Below, in pieces: positions 1 to 10,984 of a stretch of DNA of 64,000 bases (positions are counted from its first letter, which is position 1; each line of letters starts with the position of its first letter). The notes beneath the pieces were generated by a model. The model saw only the letters and a program-made list of their open reading frames with translations. It ran no database searches and was not told the origin of the DNA. The translations under genes were made by a program, and so were the position numbers. Location: the NCBI GenBank assembly GCA_964512925.1, contig CAZEKH010000001.1, positions 39,445 to 103,444 of the forward strand. Direction: 5' to 3'. Source of the stretch: an uncultured Candidatus Saccharibacteria bacterium. Lineage in GTDB: Bacteria > Patescibacteriota > Doudnabacteria > UBA920.

Positions 1-294
1 AGACTTGATAATCACATTGTCCTTAGTCTGATACATATCTATATTCAACTGTCCTTCATAATCTGACATCCAGCCTTCTTCTTGCTGTTTTTCCTTAACA
101 ATACCAACCTCTTCCACAACCTCAACGTCCTGTTCATCGGCTTCATCTTCAACTGTCAATTCCTCAGCTTCCAATTCAGTCATTTTTTCAGGTTTTTTTG
201 ATTGTGAAACAGCTACAGGCTCTGCTTCATTTTCGTCTGTAATATTTCCGCCCATTATTTTCCCGAAAAAGGATGGTTTTTCTTTCTTTGGCAT
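1..294 (-). CDS. Hsp20/alpha-crystallin family protein with acidic N-terminus, partial (runs off the window edge)
   Basis: ATG at 294 reads MPKKEKPSFFGKIMGG...EEGWMSDYEGQLNIDMYQTKDNVIIKS, the start of an Hsp20 domain. Not in the ORF track. Confidence 0.75.
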   Translation of the reverse strand, partial: MPKKEKPSFFGKIMGGNITDENEAEPVAVSQSKKPEKMTELEAEELTVEDEADEQDVEVVEEVGIVKEKQQEEGWMSDYEGQLNIDMYQTKDNVIIKS

Positions 295-339
295 AGCAAT
301 ATAAATTGTTTAATCTATGTTTCAATCATATATTATTGC

Positions 340-1434
340 CTAAATTTCGTCAAACTGTTTCAAAAGAACCTTAGAAGGGCAAATTTCAGGGTATAAGATG
401 AGTCTTTTTGAAGCATTTAAAGAAAGGCTCTGCTTAAAAGCGCCTGTCTGAAGCTCATCTTTCATTATCTTAATAATGTCGGACGAACTTTCGAGCGCCA
501 AACCCCTTTTGGCTAAAAATTCTAAATTTATCTCCTCCCCGCCTGGCAGACAATGGGTGATAATCATAGGCAAGTCAAACCGCAAGGCCTCGGCAGTGGT
601 TAGGCCTCCTGGCTTGGTTAAAAAAATATCAGCTATGGCGTATAGTTTTTCCATTGGCGAAAAAAAAGCCAACGGCATAATATTTGCGCCGACATATTTC
701 ATTGCTAAAAATTTTCTATTTTCTTCATTTTTTCCGCACAACACCAAAACTTTTGTATTAATCCAATTTTTTAATTCCTCCAATATTTCAGAATTATTTT
801 CTAAGCCCATTGAGCCACTGCCTACTAAAATAACTTTTTCTTCAGGTTTAATGCTTAGATCTTCTCTAACTTTTTGCTTATCAACTAAAATTTGTGGCAT
901 CAGGGTCATACCGCAAATATATATTTTTTCCGGGGCAACTCCCAATTTTAGCATCTCCTGTTTTTGCTCCTCTATATTTGCCAGATAAAAATCCGCTTCT
1001 TTATAAACCCAATACGGGTGAAAATGGTAGTCAGAAAACGCAATGCCAAAAAGTTTTTTGTACTCGCCGCGTTTTTTCATCAACGCGATCAATGCTGATG
1101 CTGTTGCTTGTGTAGTAATGACACAATCCGGTTGATATTTTTCAATTTCCGCTTTTGCTCTCAGATAATTTTTTCCCGCAACTTTATACCTTAAAGGTAA
1201 AGTCAAACGGACAAACATTTTACTGTTATGTAAAAATCTCCAGACAAAAGGTATTTTCGTTAAAATAAAATGGTAAAGGCTTTTCCCAAAAGATACCAAC
1301 TTGCCCTTTTGAACTTCCAGCACATCTTTTAACAGCACCTCAAACCCTGCTTGCTTTAAATCAAAAGCAATATTCTCGGCAATAACCTTATGCCCAAGCC
1401 CAACTGAAGTATAAAATATTAAAACTTTTTTCAT
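340..1434 (-). CDS. MGDG synthase/UgtP-like GT28 glycosyltransferase
   Basis: SVGLGH N-terminus, DYHFHPYW, TKPGGLTTAEAL, LPGGEEIN motifs. Confidence 0.85.
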   Translation of the reverse strand: MKKVLIFYTSVGLGHKVIAENIAFDLKQAGFEVLLKDVLEVQKGKLVSFGKSLYHFILTKIPFVWRFLHNSKMFVRLTLPLRYKVAGKNYLRAKAEIEKYQPDCVITTQATASALIALMKKRGEYKKLFGIAFSDYHFHPYWVYKEADFYLANIEEQKQEMLKLGVAPEKIYICGMTLMPQILVDKQKVREDLSIKPEEKVILVGSGSMGLENNSEILEELKNWINTKVLVLCGKNEENRKFLAMKYVGANIMPLAFFSPMEKLYAIADIFLTKPGGLTTAEALRFDLPMIITHCLPGGEEINLEFLAKRGLALESSSDIIKIMKDELQTGAFKQSLSLNASKRLILYPEICPSKVLLKQFDEI

Positions 1435-2081
1435 TAACTTTTTATCAGCGGCTTAATAACTTCAAAAGCTTTTGCAATATGATCATCCTCAAATACTAAA
1501 GACAACTCATTGCCCACTGAAATTACTTCATTGACCGGAACATTTTCCCAAGCTAAGGCTTTCAGTAGATTATAATACACCCCCGGTATTTTAATCGTAT
1601 TTTGGGAGAAACGCAAAATTATTACTGACTGCTGATCCAGCCTAAACAATAAATCGTCTTTTTGGCAATGCTTGTAAACCTCCAAAGCTCCCTCGCTACT
1701 GATAAAAAGCGTGGCCTCATTTTCGCCTTGAGCGGAAACCAAATACAAATCTTTCTTTATGCTCTGCAAAACCTGTTTTTGCAGCTGAAAATAATTTGTA
1801 TTCAGTTTAAAAACAAACTCGGTAATACCGGACTTCAAACTTAAAGAGACTGGCAATAAATTTTTGTTTTTCACGCCCAGATTATGCTTAGCCGGTTTTT
1901 TTAGTCTTTGCAAGGCCATTACAATAGCCCCGGTGCCAATTTTTTTATAGGCCAAAGCTTCAATCTTCGCCCTAATCTTCCTGGCTAAAGCAGTTTGATT
2001 AATAATCCCCAAATCCAAAGCCTCTTCCAGAAAAGGAGTGTCTTTCACTGCTTGTTTTACCAACGATGCTATGGTTTTCAT
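1434..2081 (-). CDS. Putative HTH + ACT-like domain protein
   Basis: N-terminal GIINQTALAR...AIVMAL segment; C-terminal PGVYYNLLKALAWENVPVNEVIS ACT-like motif. Confidence 0.6.
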   Translation of the reverse strand: MKTIASLVKQAVKDTPFLEEALDLGIINQTALARKIRAKIEALAYKKIGTGAIVMALQRLKKPAKHNLGVKNKNLLPVSLSLKSGITEFVFKLNTNYFQLQKQVLQSIKKDLYLVSAQGENEATLFISSEGALEVYKHCQKDDLLFRLDQQSVIILRFSQNTIKIPGVYYNLLKALAWENVPVNEVISVGNELSLVFEDDHIAKAFEVIKPLIKS

Positions 2082-2187
2082 AATGTTATATATATAACAC
2101 TTTTTGTTATTTTTGTAAAATTATAAAAATAAATTTACATCCCAAATATAATAAATTATCTTATGATGTCAGAAAAGGAGGGCCAAA

Positions 2188-2363
2188 TGAAACGCTCACA
2201 AAAGAAGATCATCTCTTTACGTGCGCTGTGCCAAGAGATGGAGACTCTTATTGGGCTGATAAACGATTATCAGCCCGGGTCATTGCTGTGGCTGGGCGGA
2301 GTAAAAAGACAGTTGGCGGCCATCCGCCGACTGATAAACCCCAACAAAAGACGGCGTCGATAA
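2188..2363 (+). CDS. Small hypothetical protein
   Basis: AGGAGG SD upstream of ATG 2188; followed by a hairpin terminator. Confidence 0.45.
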
Positions 2364-2378
2364 CGACGCCGTCTTTTC
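2346..2378. terminator. Bidirectional intrinsic terminator
   Basis: AAAAGACGGCGTCG-ATAA-CGACGCCGTCTTTT between convergent genes. Confidence 0.7.
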
Positions 2379-2387
2379 ATTTATTCA

Positions 2388-3278
2388 CTAAATCCAATTA
2401 CTCAAAATTTTTGCCAATTCTTTTTCTTTACCCGAAAAACTATGGTCAGCGCCTTTAAGTAAAACATAATCAAGATTGGGTCTTAAAGCTTTGAGTTTTT
2501 CCAAAGCCTCAGCTGGCGGCCCTGAAGTGAATTCGTCGTTCTCCCCATAAACCACTAGACTGGGTTTATGCAGCTTTTTAAAATGTCTAAGCAAAGGCTT
2601 TTTAGAAAGCTTGGCTTTGCCAAAAAGTTCCAAAAAAGGAAATACATTATAATCCCCGTCAGGGTTTGCGATGTCATAAAAACCCTGGTAGGAAAAAACA
2701 AATCCCTGAGACATTTCCCCTATCAACTCTTCGCCTTTGCCTTTTTTAATTTTATTTTTACTTTCTAAAAGAAGCTTCCAAAACTTGTTTTTACCCAGCA
2801 TTTGGCAGTATATACCCACGTCATCTCCCCCGCACAACAACATATATCTGGATATTGGATTTTTTGGGCGATAATAATTATACACGCATATTTTATTTGC
2901 CCCAGTGGAATGTCCTGCTAAATAAAACTTTTTATAGCCTTGGGTTTTTAAAAAACCAATTGCCGCGTCAATGTCAAAAATGCATTCCTTGATTTTTTCA
3001 TACGCCATACCGTACAATTTTTTTTCTATTTTCTTGCCTTTTTTTACTTTGATCTTCTGTATAACTCCGGCTCCGCGGTTGTTAAAAAACAAACTTGTAA
3101 CATCTTTTTTAAAAAGCTCGCCCGCATATATTCCATTTTCTTCCTGTTTGTAAAACACCGAAGAGTTACCGTTGCCGTGAAGCCAAATGCAAACCGCTCC
3201 CTTTTTCTTTGCCTCATACAAAAGCCCAGGCAAGGTTAGCCCGTCTTTGGTTTGAAATTGTACAAATTTTGGATGCAT
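2388..3278 (-). CDS. Alpha/beta hydrolase (DUF1749-like)
   Basis: WLHG, GHSTG nucleophile elbow, YGENDE, GADHSF. Confidence 0.85.
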   Translation of the reverse strand: MHPKFVQFQTKDGLTLPGLLYEAKKKGAVCIWLHGNGNSSVFYKQEENGIYAGELFKKDVTSLFFNNRGAGVIQKIKVKKGKKIEKKLYGMAYEKIKECIFDIDAAIGFLKTQGYKKFYLAGHSTGANKICVYNYYRPKNPISRYMLLCGGDDVGIYCQMLGKNKFWKLLLESKNKIKKGKGEELIGEMSQGFVFSYQGFYDIANPDGDYNVFPFLELFGKAKLSKKPLLRHFKKLHKPSLVVYGENDEFTSGPPAEALEKLKALRPNLDYVLLKGADHSFSGKEKELAKILSNWI

Positions 3279-3289
3279 AACTATTAGTT

Positions 3290-4036
3290 TTACGGTTGAT
3301 ATCTGATGCCCAATTCCGGGTAAAATGCCTTATTGCTGATAGCAAAAACTATTAAATTCACAACATCTTTCACGTCCAAAGAATTGCTTAAATCCCGATT
3401 GTTGCCAGCTGTTTTAAACAAGAGGGTTTTTATCATACCCGGGTATATGCCCATAACCTTAACCCCGCTGCCAGCCAATTCTTCCTGCATCCCTTTGGTA
3501 AATCCAGTGATAGCCCATTTGGAAGCCTGATACACAGCTCTTTCCGCTTTGGCATAAATTCCGGCCTGAGAAATTATATTTATAACCAAACCTTGTTTTT
3601 GTTTCTTCATATATGGCAACACGAGTTTTGTTAAAAGGATAGTACCCAAAGTATTTACCTCCAAAACATCGCGGATCTTTTTGGAATCATTATCTTCCAA
3701 CTTCCCTTGGATCCAAAGCCCAGCGTTGTTTATAAGCACATCTATTTTCTTAAACTTTTTCAAAGTTTGGATAATCACTTTTTTTAGCTGCTCTTCTTTA
3801 GTCACATCGCCAGGTAAAATCAAAAACTGTTCTTTCTTAAAGTCTTTCAAAAGTTCTGTTTCCAGGGCTTTGCATTTTTTTATATCCGGCGCAAAACCAC
3901 AAACCAAAAACCCCTGGGATAACAGTTCTTTTAAAGTCTCTTTTCCAATCCCGCTAGTTACCCCGCTGATCAAGACAACTTTGGTTTTTTCTTTTGTTTG
4001 CATAGAATTTAAATGTATTAAAATTAGTTCAATCAA
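3290..4036 (-). CDS. SDR family oxidoreductase (true start probably MQTKEK, ~4003)
   Basis: SGVTSGIG, NNAG, YQASK motifs. Confidence 0.9.
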   Translation of the reverse strand: MIELILIHLNSMQTKEKTKVVLISGVTSGIGKETLKELLSQGFLVCGFAPDIKKCKALETELLKDFKKEQFLILPGDVTKEEQLKKVIIQTLKKFKKIDVLINNAGLWIQGKLEDNDSKKIRDVLEVNTLGTILLTKLVLPYMKKQKQGLVINIISQAGIYAKAERAVYQASKWAITGFTKGMQEELAGSGVKVMGIYPGMIKTLLFKTAGNNRDLSNSLDVKDVVNLIVFAISNKAFYPELGIRYQP

Positions 4037-4466
4037 CTATTGATTTACTCATCCCTTTGATCTCTAATTTTAACCTTACTAATTTTCCTTTTCTTTTTAC
4101 AATATTTTTATAATCCCACTGGATTTCTTTAGCCTTTTTTAACCATTTTTTAAGCTCACTAATTTTTATTTCGCTCACATCCTTATAAAATATTTCAGCA
4201 GCTTTAAATTTTCCTTCTGGGATCAAATCTTCTTCTTGAAATGTCTGGCCGCTAAAAAACATCAGGGAAACTCTCTCATCTTTTCTGACTGAGTAAGAAA
4301 CCACAGGATTTCCGTCCAAAAACCAAACGGGTGAACCGTGCCATATCTTTGACTCAGACTCTTTAAGCGCATTGCCAATTTCCAATCTTAGCAATTCACA
4401 AATTTTTTTATTATTCTTTGTCTGCGCAGTGTTGTAAGCTTTTATGGTTTCATACAGCTTTTTCAT
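4029..4466 (-). CDS. DUF1801 (YdhG-like) protein
   Basis: ESKIWHGSPVWFLDGNPVV motif. Confidence 0.8.
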   Translation of the reverse strand: MKKLYETIKAYNTAQTKNNKKICELLRLEIGNALKESESKIWHGSPVWFLDGNPVVSYSVRKDERVSLMFFSGQTFQEEDLIPEGKFKAAEIFYKDVSEIKISELKKWLKKAKEIQWDYKNIVKRKGKLVRLKLEIKGMSKSIVD

Positions 4467-4471
4467 AAAAA

Positions 4472-4909
4472 TTATTTAGTCTGATTATATCTTGGATCAA
4501 AATCTACCATCCATTCAATTCCATATTTGTCTCTAAACATACCAAAGTACGAACCCCAAGGACTGTCGCCTAAAGGAAATTCAACAGACCCGCTGGCTGA
4601 AAGTCCGTTGAACAATCTCTCGGCTTCTTCTTTACTTTCTGCGCTTATAGAAATTTTACTTCTGTTTTCGTTTTCGCTTACTTTTCCCATACTTTCTGGG
4701 ATGTCATTGCCCATTAAGATGTTTTTGCCGATAGGCAAAGCAATGAGCATTATTTTATTTGCCTCGTTTTCTGCCACAGGGAATTCGGAACTGGCAAGGT
4801 CTTTGAGGCGCATAACTTTTACAAACTCCCCACCAAAAACTGATTTGTAAAAGTTAAATGCTTCTTCAGCATTCCCGTTGAAATTTATATGCGGATTGAT
4901 TGTTGCCAT
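4472..4909 (-). CDS. VOC/PhnB-like glyoxalase family protein
   Basis: NPHINFNGNAEEAFNFYKSVFGGE...WGSYFGMFRDKYGIEWM. Confidence 0.9.
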   Translation of the reverse strand: MATINPHINFNGNAEEAFNFYKSVFGGEFVKVMRLKDLASSEFPVAENEANKIMLIALPIGKNILMGNDIPESMGKVSENENRSKISISAESKEEAERLFNGLSASGSVEFPLGDSPWGSYFGMFRDKYGIEWMVDFDPRYNQTK

Positions 4910-4953
4910 AGTTTTTATTGTTAATGTTAATAATTTTTACTTCATCTAAATTC

Positions 4954-5043
4954 TGGCGGAGAGGGAGGGATTCGAACCCTCGAGCCCCTTGCGGAGCAAC
5001 CGGTTTTCGAGACCAGCGCACTAGACCACTATGCGACCTCTCC
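4954..5043 (-). tRNA. tRNA-Ser(CGA)
   Basis: Cloverleaf with long variable arm, anticodon loop CT-CGA-AA, GCCA end. Confidence 0.95.
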
Positions 5044-5062
5044 ATACTTTTATTTACAAATA

Positions 5063-5087
5063 GATTCCCGCTTTCGCGGGAATGACA
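5063..5087. repeat. REP-like palindrome, GATTCCCGC-TTTC-GCGGGAATGACA (GTCATCCC/GGGATGAC family)
   Basis: Hairpin with the same GATGACA-type end as the copies at 21351, 35257 and 44170. Confidence 0.7.
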
Positions 5088-5293
5088 GCAAGTAAATATA
5101 TTATAAACAAAAACCCGATGCTTGTCAGCTGTTTTTCAAAACAAAAATTTAAAAAGATTCCTGTCAACTATGACACAATTGTGTTACGTTTGACAGGAAG
5201 CTTTTTATAAAAAATTATTTAGTCTGCCACATTAAAAACAAAAGAAGGGCGCCCTCTCATGCAAGAGGGTGCCCTTTCTTAATTTAAATTAAG

Positions 5294-5548
5294 TTATTTC
5301 TTTTTCCATCTTGGGGCAAAGCCGGCCATAAACGCAAACAGGTGGGCTTTCAGCTTGCTTTCCCCGCGTGCGACTATGGCATCTACCATAGCTTTTTTAA
5401 AACCTTTCAGGTCATCGCCCTGGTAACAGAGCTCACCTCCAGAATAACAGTACGAACAATATTTTTCATTTTCCCTATTTGCGCCTTTTGGATCTTTTTT
5501 AAAAGGCATAAGGCAACTTTGGCAATTTCCTTCCAATGTATATTGCAT
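5294..5548 (-). CDS. Putative zinc-ribbon protein
   Basis: CQSCLMP...YCSYCY...PRWK. Confidence 0.75.
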   Translation of the reverse strand: MQYTLEGNCQSCLMPFKKDPKGANRENEKYCSYCYSGGELCYQGDDLKGFKKAMVDAIVARGESKLKAHLFAFMAGFAPRWKKK

Positions 5549-5574
5549 GGTTATTGGTTATAAATTATTAGTTA

Positions 5575-6765
5575 TTATTTTTTCAGCTTGCTTCCCTTAC
5601 TTCCTCCCAAATTTTTCAGCACGCTGGATTCAAAGGTGTAGTTTATGCTTCTTTTGAGTTTATATTCTTCTTCCGCAAAAGCTATAAGCTTTTTTAAAAG
5701 CTCTGGCAGCTCAAGGCCCGAAGCTTTCCATAAGTGATGGTAAAGCGTTCCCGGAAGCGGGTTTATTTCGTTGGCAAAAAACTCTTTAGTTACTTTGTTG
5801 TACAAAAAGTCCACGCGCGCTATACCGCTGCATTCAACCGCTTTGTAAACCTCTTTTGCTGCTTCTTGGATTTTTTTTGTTATATCTTCCGGAAGACGCG
5901 CGGGTATGACCAGGCTATTTTGGGCTTTACCGGTTTGCCCTCCCCCGTCAGTAATGTATTTGTCTTCAAAATCAAACAGGTCTTTGGAAAATACCGACTC
6001 TTGCAAAAGCGAAGCAGTCAGCGTTTCGTTACCTATCACGCAGCAAGTTACGTCCATAAGGTTTTCCACCACCTCCTCTACAATAACTTTGTTGTCATAA
6101 AAAAAGGCCACTTCGAGTTTCTGCTCTAGCTCTTTCTCATCCTTGGCTTTTCCAATGCCGATGGACGAGCCAAGATGGACCGGCTTAACCATCGCAGGAA
6201 AATTTACTGATTTACTGATTCTCTGATTTACTGATTCTCTATTCTTCTCCCAATCTGATTTACTGAAAAACACATACTTCGTCGTAGGGATACCGGCTTT
6301 TTCAACCATGATCTTTGTCAGAGCTTTGTCCATAGAAATAGCGGACGCAGGAACGCCGCAACCAACATACGGAATTCCAAACATTTCAAAAAGCCCTTGC
6401 AAAGTGCCGTCTTCCCCATATGTACCGTGCATAGCCGGAAAAGCCAGATCTATAACAGTTTCTTTACCAAATAACCCTTTTTTCTTAAACACCATCTTCC
6501 CCACTGACTCCTGCATATCTAAGTAGTATTCGCAGAATTCATTTTGGGCTCTCTCCCCAAGTTTGGGGAGAGCTGGAGAGAGGTTGTTAGTTAAAAATTT
6601 CAAATCCCCCAACTCCTCGCCCAACATCCATTGGCCTTGCTTGGTTATGTAAACCGGTACAACTTTATGATTTAAAGCTTTCAGCCCGTTGATCACCAAA
6701 TTTCCGGTAATGATGGAAATATCATGCTCCACCGAGCCTGAGCCAAAAAATACTCCGATTGTCAT
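5575..6765 (-). CDS. ddl: D-alanine--D-alanine ligase
   Basis: GSGSVEHDIS, HGTYGEDG, MDKALTK, GSSIGI, ARVDF, NEINPLPG. Confidence 0.97.
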   Translation of the reverse strand: MTIGVFFGSGSVEHDISIITGNLVINGLKALNHKVVPVYITKQGQWMLGEELGDLKFLTNNLSPALPKLGERAQNEFCEYYLDMQESVGKMVFKKKGLFGKETVIDLAFPAMHGTYGEDGTLQGLFEMFGIPYVGCGVPASAISMDKALTKIMVEKAGIPTTKYVFFSKSDWEKNRESVNQRISKSVNFPAMVKPVHLGSSIGIGKAKDEKELEQKLEVAFFYDNKVIVEEVVENLMDVTCCVIGNETLTASLLQESVFSKDLFDFEDKYITDGGGQTGKAQNSLVIPARLPEDITKKIQEAAKEVYKAVECSGIARVDFLYNKVTKEFFANEINPLPGTLYHHLWKASGLELPELLKKLIAFAEEEYKLKRSINYTFESSVLKNLGGSKGSKLKK

Positions 6766-6794
6766 AGATAATAAAAGTTTATTATTTAAATTTT

Positions 6795-7952
6795 TTACAA
6801 AACCACACGTTTTAAATATTGCGGAATCCTGATTGGAACACCATACCTGTTTGTCTCACAAATTTTAACAATATTTTCAATTGAGTTTAAATCTTCGTTT
6901 TTTGAACTGATTATCTGCACAGGATCTTCCAGCTCTACTTTTTTCAACATACTAACATCCACTGAACACATATTCATACTCACCTTGCCCACAATCGGAC
7001 AAAAGATTCCGCCGATCTTAAAAAAACCTTTGTTTGAAAGCCTGACATCAAGACCCTCGTTATAACCAACGGGTACAGTTGCCACTGTTGTTTTTTGTAA
7101 CACCTCGTAAGTATTATTGTAACCTATTTTTTCTCCAGGCAAAACTGTTTTAACAGAGGTAATAATTGAATACATTTCCAAAGCTGGTTTTAACTTAAGC
7201 TGGCTGAACTGAGATGTGTTAAAACCATACAGCCCAATCCCCAACCGTCCTACATTTGCATTTATATCGGGAAGAAAAAAAGCGCCAGCAGTATTTGAAG
7301 TATGAAAATATTTTACCTTGCTAAATTTATTTTTTATTTCGGAAACAACTCTGCCCCATTTCTGTATTTGTAATTTTGTGAAGACATCACTCTCCCCGTC
7401 CGCATCGGCAAAGTGACTGCACAAACCTTCTAAGATAAAATTTTTATTACTTTGAATTATTTGAGCCGCTTCAGCAATTTGATTTTCCAAAATTCCCTGC
7501 CTGTGCATCCCAGTATCTACTTTCAAATGAAAATAAATTTTTCTTTTTAAATTTGCATTTAAATTTTGTATTTGTTTCAAATCAATTAAAGCGTAACTAA
7601 CATTTTCCAAATTCGAATTAATTTGCTCCACAGTTGCGTAACCCAAAACCAAAATTTTGGTTTTTGTTCCTTCTCGCCTTAACACCAAGGCTTCGTAAAA
7701 ACTGTCTACGACAAAAAATGGACAACCTTCATCGTCTAAAATTTTTCCTACTTCTTTCAAGCCGTGGCCATAGGCGTTACTTTTTAAAACCGGAGCAAAA
7801 GAAACCTTTGGGTAAGCACTTCTAAAAATTTCCAGGTTGTGCAAAATCGCATCTTTAAAAATCCGTACTTCTATGAGCGGCTGGTAATCATTTCTGAACA
7901 ACTTTGATATTTGATTCGCCGACTGACGAATAAATTTTGATATATAGAGCAT
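6795..7952 (-). CDS. alr: Alanine racemase
   Basis: VLKSNAYGHG PLP-lysine motif, HLKVDTGMHRQG, GKVSMN. Confidence 0.97.
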   Translation of the reverse strand: MLYISKFIRQSANQISKLFRNDYQPLIEVRIFKDAILHNLEIFRSAYPKVSFAPVLKSNAYGHGLKEVGKILDDEGCPFFVVDSFYEALVLRREGTKTKILVLGYATVEQINSNLENVSYALIDLKQIQNLNANLKRKIYFHLKVDTGMHRQGILENQIAEAAQIIQSNKNFILEGLCSHFADADGESDVFTKLQIQKWGRVVSEIKNKFSKVKYFHTSNTAGAFFLPDINANVGRLGIGLYGFNTSQFSQLKLKPALEMYSIITSVKTVLPGEKIGYNNTYEVLQKTTVATVPVGYNEGLDVRLSNKGFFKIGGIFCPIVGKVSMNMCSVDVSMLKKVELEDPVQIISSKNEDLNSIENIVKICETNRYGVPIRIPQYLKRVVL

Positions 7953-8062
7953 TCTACCTCTCCCTTAATCCCTCCCCTCTCAAGGGGAGGGTATGGGTGG
8001 GCTTTAAATCTTTAAATTCTCGCAAAGTGAGATCACGCTCTGCGTGACATTAAATCTTAAAT

Positions 8063-9544
<1,482 letters not shown>

Positions 9545-9554
9545 ATTTTTTTAT

Positions 9555-10009
9555 CCCCTCCTTTCTAAGGAGGGGTGTCCCGATCTGATCGGGACGGGGT
9601 GGTTAAAGCCTCACAAATTTTTCTTTATCTCTTGAATCACACCTTCTAGATTAATTATTACATACTGGCTCTTTAACCTTAAAACTTTTATGCCGACTGA
9701 ATGCAAAAACTCATCCTTTTCTCTATCTTTCTTAAATTTGTCCGAACTATTGTGACTTGCCCCATCGAGCTCTACAGCCAACTTTATCTCAGGACAATAA
9801 AAATCCAAAATATAATCCCCAACACTGTGTTGTCTCCTAAATTTTCTTCCCAAATTTTTACTTTTTAAACAATTCCACAAACGGGCTTCGGCTGGTGTTA
9901 GGGATTTTCTTAATTTTTTTCTAATGTCTTTTAATTCCGGCTTATTATTTAAAAGCATAAAACAACCACTCCACCCTGTCGGGTCCCCCTCTTCTTACAA
10001 AGGAGAGGA
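9555..10009. mobile_element. DUF559 nuclease cassette bounded by inverted REP-like repeats
   Basis: The reverse complement of the left flank (9555-9604), AACCACCCCG-hairpin-ACCCCTCCTTAGAAAGGAGGGG, resembles the right flank (9964-10009), AACCACTCC-hairpin-CCCCTCTTCTTACAAAGGAGAGG. Confidence 0.6.
9611..9958 (-). CDS. DUF559 (Vsr-like PD-(D/E)XK) endonuclease
   Basis: LRKSLTPAEARLW, KFRRQH, YILDFYC, AVELDGASH, D...RD...L...G.KVLR. Confidence 0.93.
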   Translation of the reverse strand: MLLNNKPELKDIRKKLRKSLTPAEARLWNCLKSKNLGRKFRRQHSVGDYILDFYCPEIKLAVELDGASHNSSDKFKKDREKDEFLHSVGIKVLRLKSQYVIINLEGVIQEIKKNL

Positions 10010-10795
10010 TAAAAATTCCTTTAAAGTCTTTACAAACTCCTCTGGTTGGTCTAAGAAACTAAAATGCCCTGAGTTCTGAAGAATTTTGAATTTTGAATTT
10101 TGAATTAAGGAATGCATTTTTTCACCAAACTCAACCGGGGTGTCTTTGTCGTTCTCACCCCAAACCAACAGTGTAGGAATTTTTATTTGTTTTAAGTCCT
10201 CGGTTAAATCTTCCTGTGTTACATTTATAAAAGTTTCCCGAAGTTCCGGCGTTGCCAAATAGTCTTCTGCTCCAATCGTCTTATAAATACTCTTCCGTAA
10301 ACCCTGCATAAATTTTGGTTTAAAAACAGGTCTTGCTATTTTTGCAACAAAACCATAAACACTTTTTTTTGATCCACTCACAGCAAATCCCGCTGCATCT
10401 ACCAAAACCAGTTTTGTCAGCCTTCCGCGTAATTCCGCGTTACCTTCTGCATAAGTCCGCGTTGTTTTAATAGCCACTCTCCCCCCAAAACTATGCCCCA
10501 CCAACACAACATTTTTAAGTTCTAACTTTTCTAAAAAACCTTTTACTAATTCTGCATAATCCCCCACTGTCCAAGAAGTCTTTGGCGCAGGCGAACCACC
10601 AAATCCAGGAAGGTCAACAGTGTAACAACTGATTTGCTGATTGACTGATGCACTGATTAACACACTAGCTATCCGAGCCCACACTTCTTTATTGCTCCTC
10701 CAGCCATGCAAAAACACAACAGACACTTCACTATCCCCTGTTCCAAATTGTTTATATGATAATAAATTTTTTTCCACCACAATTTGCTGATTCAT
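9995..10795 (-). CDS. Alpha/beta hydrolase
   Basis: FLHGW, DLPGFGGS, GHSFGG, WGENDKDTP, SGHF. Confidence 0.92.
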   Translation of the reverse strand: MNQQIVVEKNLLSYKQFGTGDSEVSVVFLHGWRSNKEVWARIASVLISASVNQQISCYTVDLPGFGGSPAPKTSWTVGDYAELVKGFLEKLELKNVVLVGHSFGGRVAIKTTRTYAEGNAELRGRLTKLVLVDAAGFAVSGSKKSVYGFVAKIARPVFKPKFMQGLRKSIYKTIGAEDYLATPELRETFINVTQEDLTEDLKQIKIPTLLVWGENDKDTPVEFGEKMHSLIQNSKFKILQNSGHFSFLDQPEEFVKTLKEFLSSPL

Positions 10796-10870
10796 ACTTA
10801 TATATTAACATTCATTGAGAAATCATTAAACCCCAACAAAAACACATAACATTATGTTATGTGTTTTTGT

Positions 10871-10944
10871 TGGTCGGGATGCTGGGAATTGAACCCAGTC
10901 TACACGCACCCGAAGCGTGCGTACGACCGGCATACTCCATCCCG
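10871..10944 (-). tRNA. tRNA-Pro(CGG)
   Basis: Cloverleaf, loop TT-CGG-GT, ACCA end. Confidence 0.92.
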
Positions 10945-10984
10945 ATAGAGAATATTATAACCAAATTTGCCAAATAAATACAGG

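Noticed and set aside
5158-5199. Long imperfect hairpin TTCCTGTCAA...TTGACAGGAA
   Set aside because: Single copy with no assignable function; may be a terminator or promoter element
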